From assembly GCA_964344235.1 (NCBI GenBank), contig CAYFMJ010000001.1:160001-224000 (forward strand): a stretch of DNA of 64,000 nt, given 5' to 3'. The notes beneath the pieces were generated by a model. That model was not told the DNA's origin, did not search any database, and worked only from the letters and a program-made list of their open reading frames with translations. The stretch's first letter is position 1, and each line of letters opens with the position of its first letter. The stretch comes from an uncultured Methanosarcinales archaeon. GTDB taxonomy: Archaea; Nanobdellota; Nanobdellia; Woesearchaeales; GW2011-AR9. Shown one piece after another: positions 45,630-54,764 of this stretch. Made by a program: the position numbers and the translations under genes.

Positions 45630-46981
45630 CGTTAAGAGAAGAACTTGATCAAGCAGCGGGTGTTAGGGTAATCCCTGATGATGATCTTTGGTTTACAGGG
45701 TACGAACACATTGCTTTTGATGAAGATGATGTAGAATACCACGCTCTGCGACGGAGAAACTGTTATACACATGACAGACTTGGTCGTCCTTTTCCCGTTT
45801 TTGACGCACGCCATGGTCTCACTGGCGCAGGGCATCACTATTTGATTGACAACTTACCAGGGCCAGGGAATGACTTAAGTTTCTTTAAAAGTTATCCTGG
45901 ACCAATTCTTGCGCCTAACTCTCGAGGACATGGAAGAGGAGATTATGAATCTGCCATCCTTCCGGGTGGTTCTGGGGGGTCACGGGCGTTATTGGTGAGA
46001 GATTCAATTGCTTTTGATCGAATTGTCAGAAAACTGTACCCCGGTGCGAAGATAGCAAAGGTTGGCAGCTCTTTGGGAGGGATGCAACACAAGGTATTTG
46101 CAGCAGGTGGTGTCGAAAGAGATGGTGAATTGGTCTTTGATGATGAGGTGCGTCGAGAAAGGGATAAAAATATTGCTTTTGTTTCTACTCTAGCTAGTCC
46201 GGCGGCGGCAGAGTTTACTGTCTCTTCGTTCTATAAGGATCTAGCCGACAAAGGTCGGAGATATATTATGATTATGAGGGCACTTGGTGTTGATCGCCTA
46301 TATCCTGGTTCGCTTACCCCAGAAGAGGGCTCATTCCGTGATAGAATCGTTGATCGTGTTCTTGGGACAGAAACATTTAGAGAAATTGCGGCAGCGTTTA
46401 TGCCTACGTTCTTCATTAATGAAGAGTACTTATTTAGGGGAAGTAATGCTCTGTCAATCTTAGCAAATGAAGGGAGCTCCAACCCACCGTTGGATTTAAT
46501 AGATGACATCTTTTACATGTTTCAGCAAGGGAGACAGGTAACTCCAGATGGTGACGATTATACATCTGTTGCAGAACACCTAAGCGAGGGTACAGCGCCG
46601 TTTCTTTTTGTTTCAGGAGGCGGCGATGGCCTTACTCCTCCTGATACCATTGATCGGCTCGCTTTACAGATTCAGCGGGCTAGAACTGCAAGAAGTGGCT
46701 GGGTGAAGAATATCTGTGTCGAAAATGGAGGGCATGGACCGTTTATTGGAAGACCTGCGGAATCAATCTTTGCTTTTTATTGGGAGGCTCTGAAACAGGC
46801 AATGGAAGAGACCGAGCGAGTGTCTCCTGAACTGATTGGTCCCGGAATGAAGGCACCTTATGACGGCGTGAAATTCTTTGAACAAAAACTGGCGCAAGCA
46901 AAAGAAAAATATCCTACATTACCTCTCGATCGAGTTTCAAGCGCCGAGAGGATCACTTTAGATGCCAGTGTTTTTGGGTAA
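45626..46981 (+). CDS. Alpha/beta-hydrolase fold protein
   Basis: PNSRGHG, nucleophile elbow GSSLGG, GGGDGL, GGHG. Confidence 0.7.
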   Translation: MTLREELDQAAGVRVIPDDDLWFTGYEHIAFDEDDVEYHALRRRNCYTHDRLGRPFPVFDARHGLTGAGHHYLIDNLPGPGNDLSFFKSYPGPILAPNSRGHGRGDYESAILPGGSGGSRALLVRDSIAFDRIVRKLYPGAKIAKVGSSLGGMQHKVFAAGGVERDGELVFDDEVRRERDKNIAFVSTLASPAAAEFTVSSFYKDLADKGRRYIMIMRALGVDRLYPGSLTPEEGSFRDRIVDRVLGTETFREIAAAFMPTFFINEEYLFRGSNALSILANEGSSNPPLDLIDDIFYMFQQGRQVTPDGDDYTSVAEHLSEGTAPFLFVSGGGDGLTPPDTIDRLALQIQRARTARSGWVKNICVENGGHGPFIGRPAESIFAFYWEALKQAMEETERVSPELIGPGMKAPYDGVKFFEQKLAQAKEKYPTLPLDRVSSAERITLDASVFG

Positions 46982-46987
46982 AAAAAT

Positions 46988-47890
46988 CTATTCAGCACTT
47001 TCTTTGATACGTAGAGTTTCTTGTACGATATCTCTGTATTTGTACTGAAGTGTTAATTTGATTTGCTTGGTGGAAAGATGGTCTTCCGCAAGAGCTGTCT
47101 TTAATTTACAAACAATTTCTGCAGTACCATCATTTAACCGAGCTTCGTTGACTTTACCACTAGATTTACATTCCCACGCATCATCATCAATGACATAGGC
47201 AATTTCATCCCTAATGCCGAAATCTTCATTTGGTTTTGCTAAGTCGCCCGTACCTGCTTTTTCAATGGCGATCTTTAGGGCCATGATGCCTTTACCAGCA
47301 GTATCCTCTACAACACTTTTTACAGTTACTGGAGCACCAGATACGAAGAATGTCTTCGCTTCATTAACATCACAAATTCTCTCATCAGTTAAGTCCTCTT
47401 TTAGACATACTTCTGGAATTAGTAATTCTGTCTCGTAATAAAATTCAATGTTTGCAAACCAGTCTCTTTCAACAAAGTTATTGACATCTTCTTCATACTT
47501 TACATCATCACCGAAGGAGATTGTCTCTTCTCCTCCATCTGGAACTAAATCGGAGATTGCATCTAATTCGTCAGAATTTTGTAAGGTGTAGGAAGCAATG
47601 CCGCTAAATTCACTCTGGGAAGGACCAAGTAATTCTACTGTGATGTCCCCTGGTTGGATGTCGTATTCACCTTTGTTAATCACAGTAACTTCTAATGGAA
47701 ATGTTTCAGTATCAAAGATGGTAAATGTTCCATCTTCTTCAACGCCTAGTGGTTCGAAGGAACCAGTTACTCCTAATGTACCGCCAATGTAGGGGCCATC
47801 TTGCACTGCAACACCATCTTCGGTGGAACATGCTGCTAGGAATACCGTTAAGACTAGAATGAATGATAGAATAATTTTTGTATGTTTCAT
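46988..47890 (-). CDS. Putative lipoprotein with Ig-like beta-sandwich domains
   Basis: VFLAA|CS lipobox; VTVINKGEYD, PEVC, TLQYKY. Confidence 0.7.
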   Translation of the reverse strand: MKHTKIILSFILVLTVFLAACSTEDGVAVQDGPYIGGTLGVTGSFEPLGVEEDGTFTIFDTETFPLEVTVINKGEYDIQPGDITVELLGPSQSEFSGIASYTLQNSDELDAISDLVPDGGEETISFGDDVKYEEDVNNFVERDWFANIEFYYETELLIPEVCLKEDLTDERICDVNEAKTFFVSGAPVTVKSVVEDTAGKGIMALKIAIEKAGTGDLAKPNEDFGIRDEIAYVIDDDAWECKSSGKVNEARLNDGTAEIVCKLKTALAEDHLSTKQIKLTLQYKYRDIVQETLRIKESAE

Positions 47891-47943
47891 CGTAACGCCT
47901 CTTTTAGTTGTTGTTTCTATAAAAGAGAAATGGTATATAAAGT

Positions 47944-48906
47944 TTACCTCGGCGTGGCGACGATTTTAACTTGTTTTTGTTCCGATTCGATGTAATTATA
48001 ATCTAACTCTATACGTAGTGGGGTTTTGAAAGCAGCAGTTCCTGGTATTAAGAATTGACATTGAATTTTTCCTTGGTCATTATGTAATCTTACAAGCCCA
48101 TCAAACGGTTTACAGCTGATTAAACTTCCACCACTAAGATGAACATTGTAGAGAACTTTATCAACATCATCAAAGCCTAACGATGCTTGACCGCAACCGA
48201 GAATGTCAGAGAATGGGGAAAGTACTCTACCACTCCCAAAGTTTCGTACGGTAATGTCAAAGATTGCTCTTTCGCCAACCATATCCATGCCTACATAGCT
48301 AATTCCTACTGGGCCCCCTTGGCCCCCGCCAACAGAAACGCTTTGTCTGTAATCACAGGCTTTCTGTTCAGACGTTACTTGGTAGCGTTGCGTGTCAACA
48401 CAGACTTCTGGGTTAGCAGTAGTTTGATAATTGTAACATGTCAGGAAGTTTAGTGTTGGATTGTATTCAAACACACCGTCATCTAGTAACATTTGGCCGG
48501 AATGGAATTCAATTTGGTTAATGCCACCTTGGGTGTTGTAGACATTTTTTCCTTCTAGTACACCAATATTTTCAGCGCATGATCTGGGGGAGCCAAACGC
48601 GCCAGTAATAATGCTCGGATCGTGGCCGGTAACTTCAACGAAACATGCTTCCGCTGCTAAGTCGTGGTTTCCTTTGTTGTTAATTTCGACAATGGCAATT
48701 AATTCGTCTTGATCGTAGATAGTTTTCGGTGGGAAGTCGTTAATGAATTCTAACTCGACTCCCTGTGTGCCTGATTGTACTTCCCGTAGCACTGCAGCAG
48801 TGTCGCGTGGTGTTTCACCAGCGTTTACTTGCCCTGAGCACGCTGATAAAAGAAATGTAGTTAAGAGAATGAGAACTATCAGTACTAACCTGCCCCTTTT
48901 TTGCAT
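47944..48906 (-). CDS. Putative lipoprotein with Ig-like domains, paralogue of 46988-47890
   Basis: FLLSA|CS; VEINNKGNHD, PEVC, ELDYNY; ATG 48906. Confidence 0.7.
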   Translation of the reverse strand: MQKRGRLVLIVLILLTTFLLSACSGQVNAGETPRDTAAVLREVQSGTQGVELEFINDFPPKTIYDQDELIAIVEINNKGNHDLAAEACFVEVTGHDPSIITGAFGSPRSCAENIGVLEGKNVYNTQGGINQIEFHSGQMLLDDGVFEYNPTLNFLTCYNYQTTANPEVCVDTQRYQVTSEQKACDYRQSVSVGGGQGGPVGISYVGMDMVGERAIFDITVRNFGSGRVLSPFSDILGCGQASLGFDDVDKVLYNVHLSGGSLISCKPFDGLVRLHNDQGKIQCQFLIPGTAAFKTPLRIELDYNYIESEQKQVKIVATPR

Positions 48907-48982
48907 AGTTGGACTAATCAAAAAGCGTATTTAAGCTTTTCTATGAGGAAGAATTAAAAATAGAGTGGGGTTTTGTTGGGGG

Positions 48983-49213
48983 ATGGCAAAGAAAGTTGTG
49001 CATTTCAAGAAGGATTGTATTAGTTGTGGCGCGTGTGCAGCTATTAATCCAGAGCACTGGGAAATGGATCCAGAAGGGTTAGCGCAGCTGAAAGGAAGTT
49101 CTTTGAAGGGTGAGAAGTGGGAGTTAGATATTTCTGATGCTGAGGTTGAGGCGAACCAAGAAGCATCAGAAGTGTGTCCCGTCAATATTATTCATGTTGA
49201 GGACAAAGATTAG
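48983..49213 (+). CDS. Ferredoxin (single Fe-S cluster type)
   Basis: CISCGAC...EVCPVNII; ATG 48983. Confidence 0.9.
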   Translation: MAKKVVHFKKDCISCGACAAINPEHWEMDPEGLAQLKGSSLKGEKWELDISDAEVEANQEASEVCPVNIIHVEDKD

Positions 49214-49488
49214 ATTTTGTGTTCTTTCTTTAGTGAGTGGGCGAAGCCAACATAGTGTTTTTTGAGTCTTGTAATAATTCTGTTATGTTCTTTCTGTAAT
49301 TTTTTAATTTCATCGACCAATTCCGTGTGTTTGATTTTAATAGAGAGTTGTTCCTCGATCGTTTTTGCACCGTTATGTTTGTTAGTTGTTTTTTCTAATT
49401 GTTTAGAAGCACGTTGCAATTTTTTGTTAATTCGTTTGAGTGCTTTAGAATACACATAGAGGTAGGCAGATTCTTTGGTAATGGACAT
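49210..49488 (-). CDS. Hypothetical basic coiled-coil protein
   Basis: 92-aa helical, K-rich. Confidence 0.5.
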   Translation of the reverse strand: MSITKESAYLYVYSKALKRINKKLQRASKQLEKTTNKHNGAKTIEEQLSIKIKHTELVDEIKKLQKEHNRIITRLKKHYVGFAHSLKKEHKI

Positions 49489-49516
49489 GGGGTAAGGAAG
49501 AAATTAGTGTATATAA

Positions 49517-50263
49517 TTATTTTGTTTCACATTCTACCACAAACGCAGGGTGATCGCTGGGGTAGAAGTCAGGAGCAATTTGCGTTGTTATACATCTTGG
49601 TTCGGCAGTTGGTTGAATTCTTGGGCTGCCAAAGACGTGGTCAACTTGGCCGTCGTAGCGCCAGAATGGTTCTGGGAGTGTAACTTCTGCAGTAAGTTCT
49701 TCAAAGTGTCTGGTGCCGTTATTGACACTCGGAAGAAGTTTGACGCCATTGAAATCTCCGCCGGCGAGGATTGGAATGCCCGTTCCTCGTAGCTCCAGTA
49801 AGTATGTGGCTAATGTTGCTTTCTGTTCGTCGATTGTTGGATCGGTTCTTAGGCCTAGCTGTGATGTCGGTGCGTTAGAATCGAGACATGCTAAGTGGGT
49901 GTTGACTAAGTGATAGGGGCCTTCTTCTGTGTCAATTTCAACATGAGCTAGGCGTTTCCCGCCGAGTTTCTCTCCAACGTAATCGACGACGCCTCTTGGG
50001 GTTAATCGTTGTAATGCGGGAGAGGCGTAGGCTTTGTGGGCAGTTGTTCTCACAGCTTTAAGAACTTGTTTTTTTACTAGTGTGGCTAGGCCACCTCCTT
50101 GTTTGAAACGGTGGTAACCGCGTGGTTTGAGAATTCCTGGCCAATCTTCTTGCACAAATGCGATGTCTGGTGCCATCTCTTCAAACATTGCCCGAATGGC
50201 TTTGACTCGTCTAAAGTAGCCTCTCACGGGCAGTCCATAAATGTTCCACGTCATCACCCTCAT
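49517..50263 (-). CDS. Endonuclease/exonuclease/phosphatase family protein
   Basis: VMTWNI, QED, NTHL, GDFN, VDHV, SDHPA. Confidence 0.88.
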   Translation of the reverse strand: MRVMTWNIYGLPVRGYFRRVKAIRAMFEEMAPDIAFVQEDWPGILKPRGYHRFKQGGGLATLVKKQVLKAVRTTAHKAYASPALQRLTPRGVVDYVGEKLGGKRLAHVEIDTEEGPYHLVNTHLACLDSNAPTSQLGLRTDPTIDEQKATLATYLLELRGTGIPILAGGDFNGVKLLPSVNNGTRHFEELTAEVTLPEPFWRYDGQVDHVFGSPRIQPTAEPRCITTQIAPDFYPSDHPAFVVECETK

Positions 50264-50931
50264 TTTTTAATTATAATCATACAATGGTCTTTTTGTAACG
50301 GATCAAGTTTTTTATAATCAATTACTGTAAATATTGTATCCAATTGTTTTCGTATTTCTTCAAAGATTTGTTTCGGTTTTTTTGTAATGTCAATGCTTCT
50401 CGCTTTGACTGCTAATAGGCCATAACCTCCTTTCTTCAGGAAGAGTTGGCAGTTTTTAATGAAGATCTCTGCTTGGTTTCGTTGTGCAATGTCTTGATAC
50501 ACAATATCGGCAGCAGCGATTTTATCTTGATACTGTTCTGGATGATTTGCGTCTGCTAAGATTGGGCAGATGTTGGTGCGTTTTTCTGCAATGAATACTA
50601 AGTCCCTCACAACTCTTGGTGCAGGATCGATGCCAAAAATGAAACCGTTCTTTCCCACAATATCTGAAACGAAGGAAGCGGTGTAGCCGTGTGAAACGCC
50701 AAGGTAGAGAACTATGTTGTCCTTTCTGATACCGATGTTAGTGCAACCTTTAGCGATCATCGCTCCCAATTTACTTCTTGTTGGATCGAGTTCTCTAAAT
50801 GTTGTGCCACCCTCTTTGGTTGTCTTTTCGTTAAATGGTGTGAAGTTAGGGAGGATACTTTTTGTGTAGATACGTTTACGTTTATCTGTATAGAGTTCAA
50901 AGAGTTTATGTGGTTGGATTTTATTTCCCAT
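50260..50931 (-). CDS. flpA: Fibrillarin-like rRNA/tRNA 2'-O-methyltransferase
   Basis: RSKLGAMI, VLYLG, VYQDIAQ, KARSID. Confidence 0.95.
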   Translation of the reverse strand: MGNKIQPHKLFELYTDKRKRIYTKSILPNFTPFNEKTTKEGGTTFRELDPTRSKLGAMIAKGCTNIGIRKDNIVLYLGVSHGYTASFVSDIVGKNGFIFGIDPAPRVVRDLVFIAEKRTNICPILADANHPEQYQDKIAAADIVYQDIAQRNQAEIFIKNCQLFLKKGGYGLLAVKARSIDITKKPKQIFEEIRKQLDTIFTVIDYKKLDPLQKDHCMIIIKK

Positions 50932-51430
50932 ATTGTTTTTTGATCTCTCTTGCTGATTTGTTAGTTGTTTGTTCCATTGTGTACCCTAATGATTCAACAG
51001 CTTCTTGCACTTCTTTCTCGGTTTGTGCTTCAATTTCAACAAAGGTGGGGATGTCGGGGAATGTATCAATTTCAAATCTCGCATTTTTCAGCTTGTATGA
51101 CTCTCGCTTTTTTGTTCCTTCATAAAAACGTTTGAAACCTAATTTGTCAAAAATTGTTACGGTGTCTTCAAAGCTCTCAGTCGTTGTTTCAATCTCTTCT
51201 CTCACTTTGAGTTTGCTGTTTTCTTTTTTTCCTTTGAAACATAATTCAACTTGTTCTCCTACTTTTCTCACACGTAATGTTTTTCCTTCTTTTTTGAGGT
51301 CTTCTGTTGGATAATCGAAGCAAACCATTTTAATTTCGCCGTCAAAGATTTTTTCAGCTTTTAGATTTTGGAGTTTTTTTCTGACTTCACCTACGTTGAT
51401 GTCTAATATCTTAACTTCGATCTCTTTCAT
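50921..51430 (-). CDS. cyaB: CYTH domain protein (class IV adenylate cyclase-like)
   Basis: EIEVK, LRVRK, REEIET, FVEIEA. Confidence 0.88.
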   Translation of the reverse strand: MKEIEVKILDINVGEVRKKLQNLKAEKIFDGEIKMVCFDYPTEDLKKEGKTLRVRKVGEQVELCFKGKKENSKLKVREEIETTTESFEDTVTIFDKLGFKRFYEGTKKRESYKLKNARFEIDTFPDIPTFVEIEAQTEKEVQEAVESLGYTMEQTTNKSAREIKKQYGK

Positions 51431-52269
51431 TTCAACTTCCTCTCTAATTCTTTACGATATTCTTTTGCTTTGAATTCTCCTTTGAAGTAGTCTAACCTGC
51501 AGCATAATGATAATTTGTCGGCTAACATTCTTGCCGCTTTCCCGCGATCTTTTCGCTGTGCTTTTTGGATTAATTGGTGGGCAAAAATAACACCATATTT
51601 CGGTGAACGTGCACCTGTTTTCAAGTGCCTAAAGAGTGCTTTCTCTGCTCCTAGTAATTGGATGGTAGAAGCTGGGAACACCGCTAGTCTTTTGAGGCTT
51701 TTTCCATGTTCTAATAAGTCCGCGCCAATGGTTGGGCCGGCAAGTTCTAGCAGATTCGGACAATAAGATCTCATGACTTTGGTTAAGTATTCTTCATGTT
51801 GCTTGCGTAATTCAATGATGTTAAGAATTGTTTTGGAAAGTAGTTGCATTTCTTTCACGTGGAATGATTTAAGATCTGCACCCATCTCGCTGTGCTTGCG
51901 TTGTTTTAATGTTAATTTGGTAAAGTGTTCGTGGTTTTCCATAGAATTAGATAATTCTGGATAGTACAAACTGTACCACTCCCGTAGTCGCTTTGTATGG
52001 AGATTAATGGTCTTATCTAACTCGTTAATATTGGCAATTGTTTGGATAATGAGTTGGTCTTCTGTGACAGATTCTTTGATCGCTTTTTTTGTTATCTGAA
52101 GATTTTTTTTATGTAATTGTTGTAATGATTTTTTATCGGTGAAAGGTTCTAATGCTTGGAGAAGTTTCTTCTCAGGTAGAGTTTGCTTCGTTTTTTTGTT
52201 TGTTTTATGGAGATTATTGTTATTATCCACAATGAAGTTTCCTAATAGGTGCTTGAAGAAATATTTCAT
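51427..52269 (-). CDS. nop5: Nop5 (Nop56/58) C/D sRNP protein, short form
   Basis: LREWYSLYYPEL, PASTIQLLGAEKALFRHL, SPKYG, RGKAAR. Confidence 0.93.
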   Translation of the reverse strand: MKYFFKHLLGNFIVDNNNNLHKTNKKTKQTLPEKKLLQALEPFTDKKSLQQLHKKNLQITKKAIKESVTEDQLIIQTIANINELDKTINLHTKRLREWYSLYYPELSNSMENHEHFTKLTLKQRKHSEMGADLKSFHVKEMQLLSKTILNIIELRKQHEEYLTKVMRSYCPNLLELAGPTIGADLLEHGKSLKRLAVFPASTIQLLGAEKALFRHLKTGARSPKYGVIFAHQLIQKAQRKDRGKAARMLADKLSLCCRLDYFKGEFKAKEYRKELERKLK

Positions 52270-52303
52270 AAAACTGGGTAGACCATAAGGTATATAAACT
52301 TTA

Positions 52304-52564
52304 TTGGATCGGCTTGTGGAAGATATTCTGCGAGGCGTTGATTCTGTACGGTGTAATTATTGTCCGCATATTTTGGAGAAGGAATGGTTGGATTCTGAAT
52401 GGGACGAGGAGAAGCATTATAAAATTGTAAATTGTTGGGAATGTGGTAAGAAGAATTGGGTGAAAGCAGAGTTTGAGGGCTCAGGTCATGATCATGATTT
52501 ACATGGAAAAGGGTCGATAGAGTCAATGGTAAGGAAAGTGCAGTTTCGGGATATTAGAGATTAG
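52304..52564 (+). CDS. Zn-ribbon hypothetical protein
   Basis: CNYC...CWEC and GSGHDHDLH. Confidence 0.65.
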   Translation: MDRLVEDILRGVDSVRCNYCPHILEKEWLDSEWDEEKHYKIVNCWECGKKNWVKAEFEGSGHDHDLHGKGSIESMVRKVQFRDIRD

Positions 52565-52608
52565 GTATCGCTACAAAACTTATATAAAGTTTGATTACTG
52601 TTAATTCT

Positions 52609-52842
52609 ATGAAGTTTGTGTATTCACATCATTGGTTGCTTAAGAAACAATATCGTCCTGAGATTACTGATGATTTGATTGCCTATGCGATTGAGAATTC
52701 AAATGAACTTCGTGACAAACATTGGGTGAATGCTTCCAATGCAGTTTGCAGAGTTCCTCCAATGGGAAGAATCTTAAAAGTCGTGTATCGGAGAATTGGA
52801 AAGAACACAATAAAAATAATAACAGCGTTTTGGCTTGATTGA
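52609..52842 (+). CDS. DUF4258/RelE-like putative toxin
   Basis: YSHHW...ILKVVYRR...IKIITAFW; overlaps the DUF2283 gene start. Confidence 0.7.
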   Translation: MKFVYSHHWLLKKQYRPEITDDLIAYAIENSNELRDKHWVNASNAVCRVPPMGRILKVVYRRIGKNTIKIITAFWLD

Positions 52843-53057
52843 CAATGGAAAACACTTGGTATGATAAAGAAGAGGACATTCTGAATATTGAACTGAAGAA
52901 AGGAGAATATTGGAAGAGTGTTGAACTGCCAAATGGTGTGGTGATTGATATTGCCAAAGATGGTTCAATTACAGGGATAGAAATTTTGAGAGCGAGTAAA
53001 GTCTTTTCTGGAGATGTGAAAAAAGTGATTGAGCAAGCGAAACCAGCGGTGACTTGA
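52839..53057 (+). CDS. DUF2283 putative antitoxin
   Basis: YDKEEDILNI...GVVIDIAKDGSITGIEILRAS. Confidence 0.8.
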   Translation: MTMENTWYDKEEDILNIELKKGEYWKSVELPNGVVIDIAKDGSITGIEILRASKVFSGDVKKVIEQAKPAVT

Positions 53058-53522
53058 ATGATACAGGAAGGAATGGATGCACCGGATTTTGTGGCAGTGG
53101 ATCAAGGTAATAAAGAGGTAGCGTTGAGTGGTTTTGCAGGGAAATGGGTAGTATTATATTTCTACCCAAAAGATAATACTCCTGGTTGTACAATTGAGGC
53201 AGTGAATTTTAGTGCTAAGAAAGCAGAGTTTGAGGCTTTGGGAGCAGTTATTTTGGGTGTTTCACCAGATTCTGTGGAAAGTCACTGCAAATTTATAGAT
53301 AAGAAGAAGCTTACTATTACCTTGTTATCTGATGAGTCGAAGGAGTTATGTGAGAAATATGGTGTTTGGCAGTTGAAGAAGTTTATGGGGAGAGAGTATA
53401 TGGGTGTTGTTCGTTCAACGTTTTTGATATCTCCTGACGGGAAGATTGCAGCTGTATGGAGCCCTGTTAAGGTTAAGGGTCATGTTGATGATGTGTTGGA
53501 GAAAGTTAAAGGGTTGCAGTAG
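53058..53522 (+). CDS. bcp: Peroxiredoxin Bcp
   Basis: YFYPKDNTPGCTIEA, VRSTFLI. Confidence 0.95.
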   Translation: MIQEGMDAPDFVAVDQGNKEVALSGFAGKWVVLYFYPKDNTPGCTIEAVNFSAKKAEFEALGAVILGVSPDSVESHCKFIDKKKLTITLLSDESKELCEKYGVWQLKKFMGREYMGVVRSTFLISPDGKIAAVWSPVKVKGHVDDVLEKVKGLQ

Positions 53523-53549
53523 GAACAATATACTTATTTCACCGATATC

Positions 53550-53557
53550 TTTATAAA
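53550..53557 (+). promoter_or_regulatory. TATA box of the ribosomal protein operon
   Basis: TTTATAAA about 22 nt before the structured leader. Confidence 0.55.
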
Positions 53558-53579
53558 CAAATCACATTCTCAAGCGAAT

Positions 53580-53796
53580 ACTTTAACCAAAATCGATTAA
53601 AGTGCGGTAATTACACTGCTTTTCACGAAAAGTAAATAATTGCGGCAAACTGGCCTGAGAAAGTGATCATCAAAATTCTTGATGTGAACTGGTAGAGGCT
53701 GTTTATCACACGAAATGGAGCAAGAGTATTAGATATACTCTAGATTTAACTATATCAGAAATTGTACGCAATTTCTGGAATATTGAGGAGACTCAA
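53580..53796 (+). promoter_or_regulatory. Multi-hairpin 5' leader of the rpl3 operon
   Basis: Six complementary stems, including CAGAAATTG-TACG-CAATTTCTG and TTGAG-GAGA-CTCAA over the SD. Confidence 0.6.
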
Positions 53797-53797
53797 C

Positions 53798-54763
53798 ATG
53801 CCTAAAGCACATAACCCGCGTCGAGGAAGTATGCAGTTTTGGCCGAGGAAACGGTCACGACATTCGTTAGTTCGAGTTAGAGCGTGGGCTACCAATAATA
53901 AAGCTAAACCATTAGGGTTTATTTGCTATAAAGCTGGGATGACACATGTCATGGCGACTGATAATCGGGCAAAAAGTCTGACGAAAGGTCAAACTGTTTC
54001 CTTGCCGGTGACGATTATTGAATGTCCTGCAATGACTGTTATTGGTGCTGCTTTCTATACAAAATCTTTACGTGGGTTACGAAAAATTTCTTCTGTGTTC
54101 GCTGAAAAATTATCTGATAAACATCTGAAAAAAATGATGACTTTACCTAAAAAACAGGGTAAAAAGTTGGAAGATATTACTGAATTCGATGATGTACGGT
54201 TATTGGTCCATTCAAACCCAAGCAAAACTGGTGTTGGAACAAAGAAACCACATGTATTAGAAGTTGCATTAGGCGGTTCAAAAGATGATAAGATTGCGTA
54301 TGTGAAGGAAATGTTAGGAAAAGAACTTGCTGTGCAAGATGTATTTGAAGCAGGCGAAGTTATTGACGTGCATGGGATTACCAAAGGAAAAGGTTTCCAG
54401 GGAACTGTTAAGAGATATGGTGTCCCTATTAGACAGCACAAGTCCGAGAAAACAAAGAGGGGTATTGGTAACTTGGGTGCGTGGACGCCGAAGAGAGTAG
54501 ATTATCGTGTTCCCCAGCCCGGTAAGATGGGATACCATTTACGAACAGAGTATAATAAACAGATTCTTTCTCTTGGCGAAGAGGGTAAAGACGTTACACC
54601 AAAAGGTGGAATTACGAAGTTTGGTGTTGTGAAAAATAATTATCTTTTAGTTCATGGTTCAGTTGTTGGACCTCGTAAAAGAGCTCTTGTGCTGACGCAA
54701 GCATTACGATTACATAAAAAAATTCAGAAGGATGCATTTACAATTAATGCAGTGACGGTATAA
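53798..54763 (+). CDS. rpl3: 50S ribosomal protein uL3
   Basis: MPKAHNPRRGSMQFWPRKR, YKAGMTH, KGKGFQG; ATG 53798. Confidence 0.97.
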   Translation: MPKAHNPRRGSMQFWPRKRSRHSLVRVRAWATNNKAKPLGFICYKAGMTHVMATDNRAKSLTKGQTVSLPVTIIECPAMTVIGAAFYTKSLRGLRKISSVFAEKLSDKHLKKMMTLPKKQGKKLEDITEFDDVRLLVHSNPSKTGVGTKKPHVLEVALGGSKDDKIAYVKEMLGKELAVQDVFEAGEVIDVHGITKGKGFQGTVKRYGVPIRQHKSEKTKRGIGNLGAWTPKRVDYRVPQPGKMGYHLRTEYNKQILSLGEEGKDVTPKGGITKFGVVKNNYLLVHGSVVGPRKRALVLTQALRLHKKIQKDAFTINAVTV

Positions 54764-54764
54764 A

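Noticed and set aside
53695-53725. SRP helix 8 within the rpl3 leader (GAAATGGAGCAA)
   Set aside because: The 3' GGAGCAA matches but the required CAGG strand and GNRA-closing stem are missing
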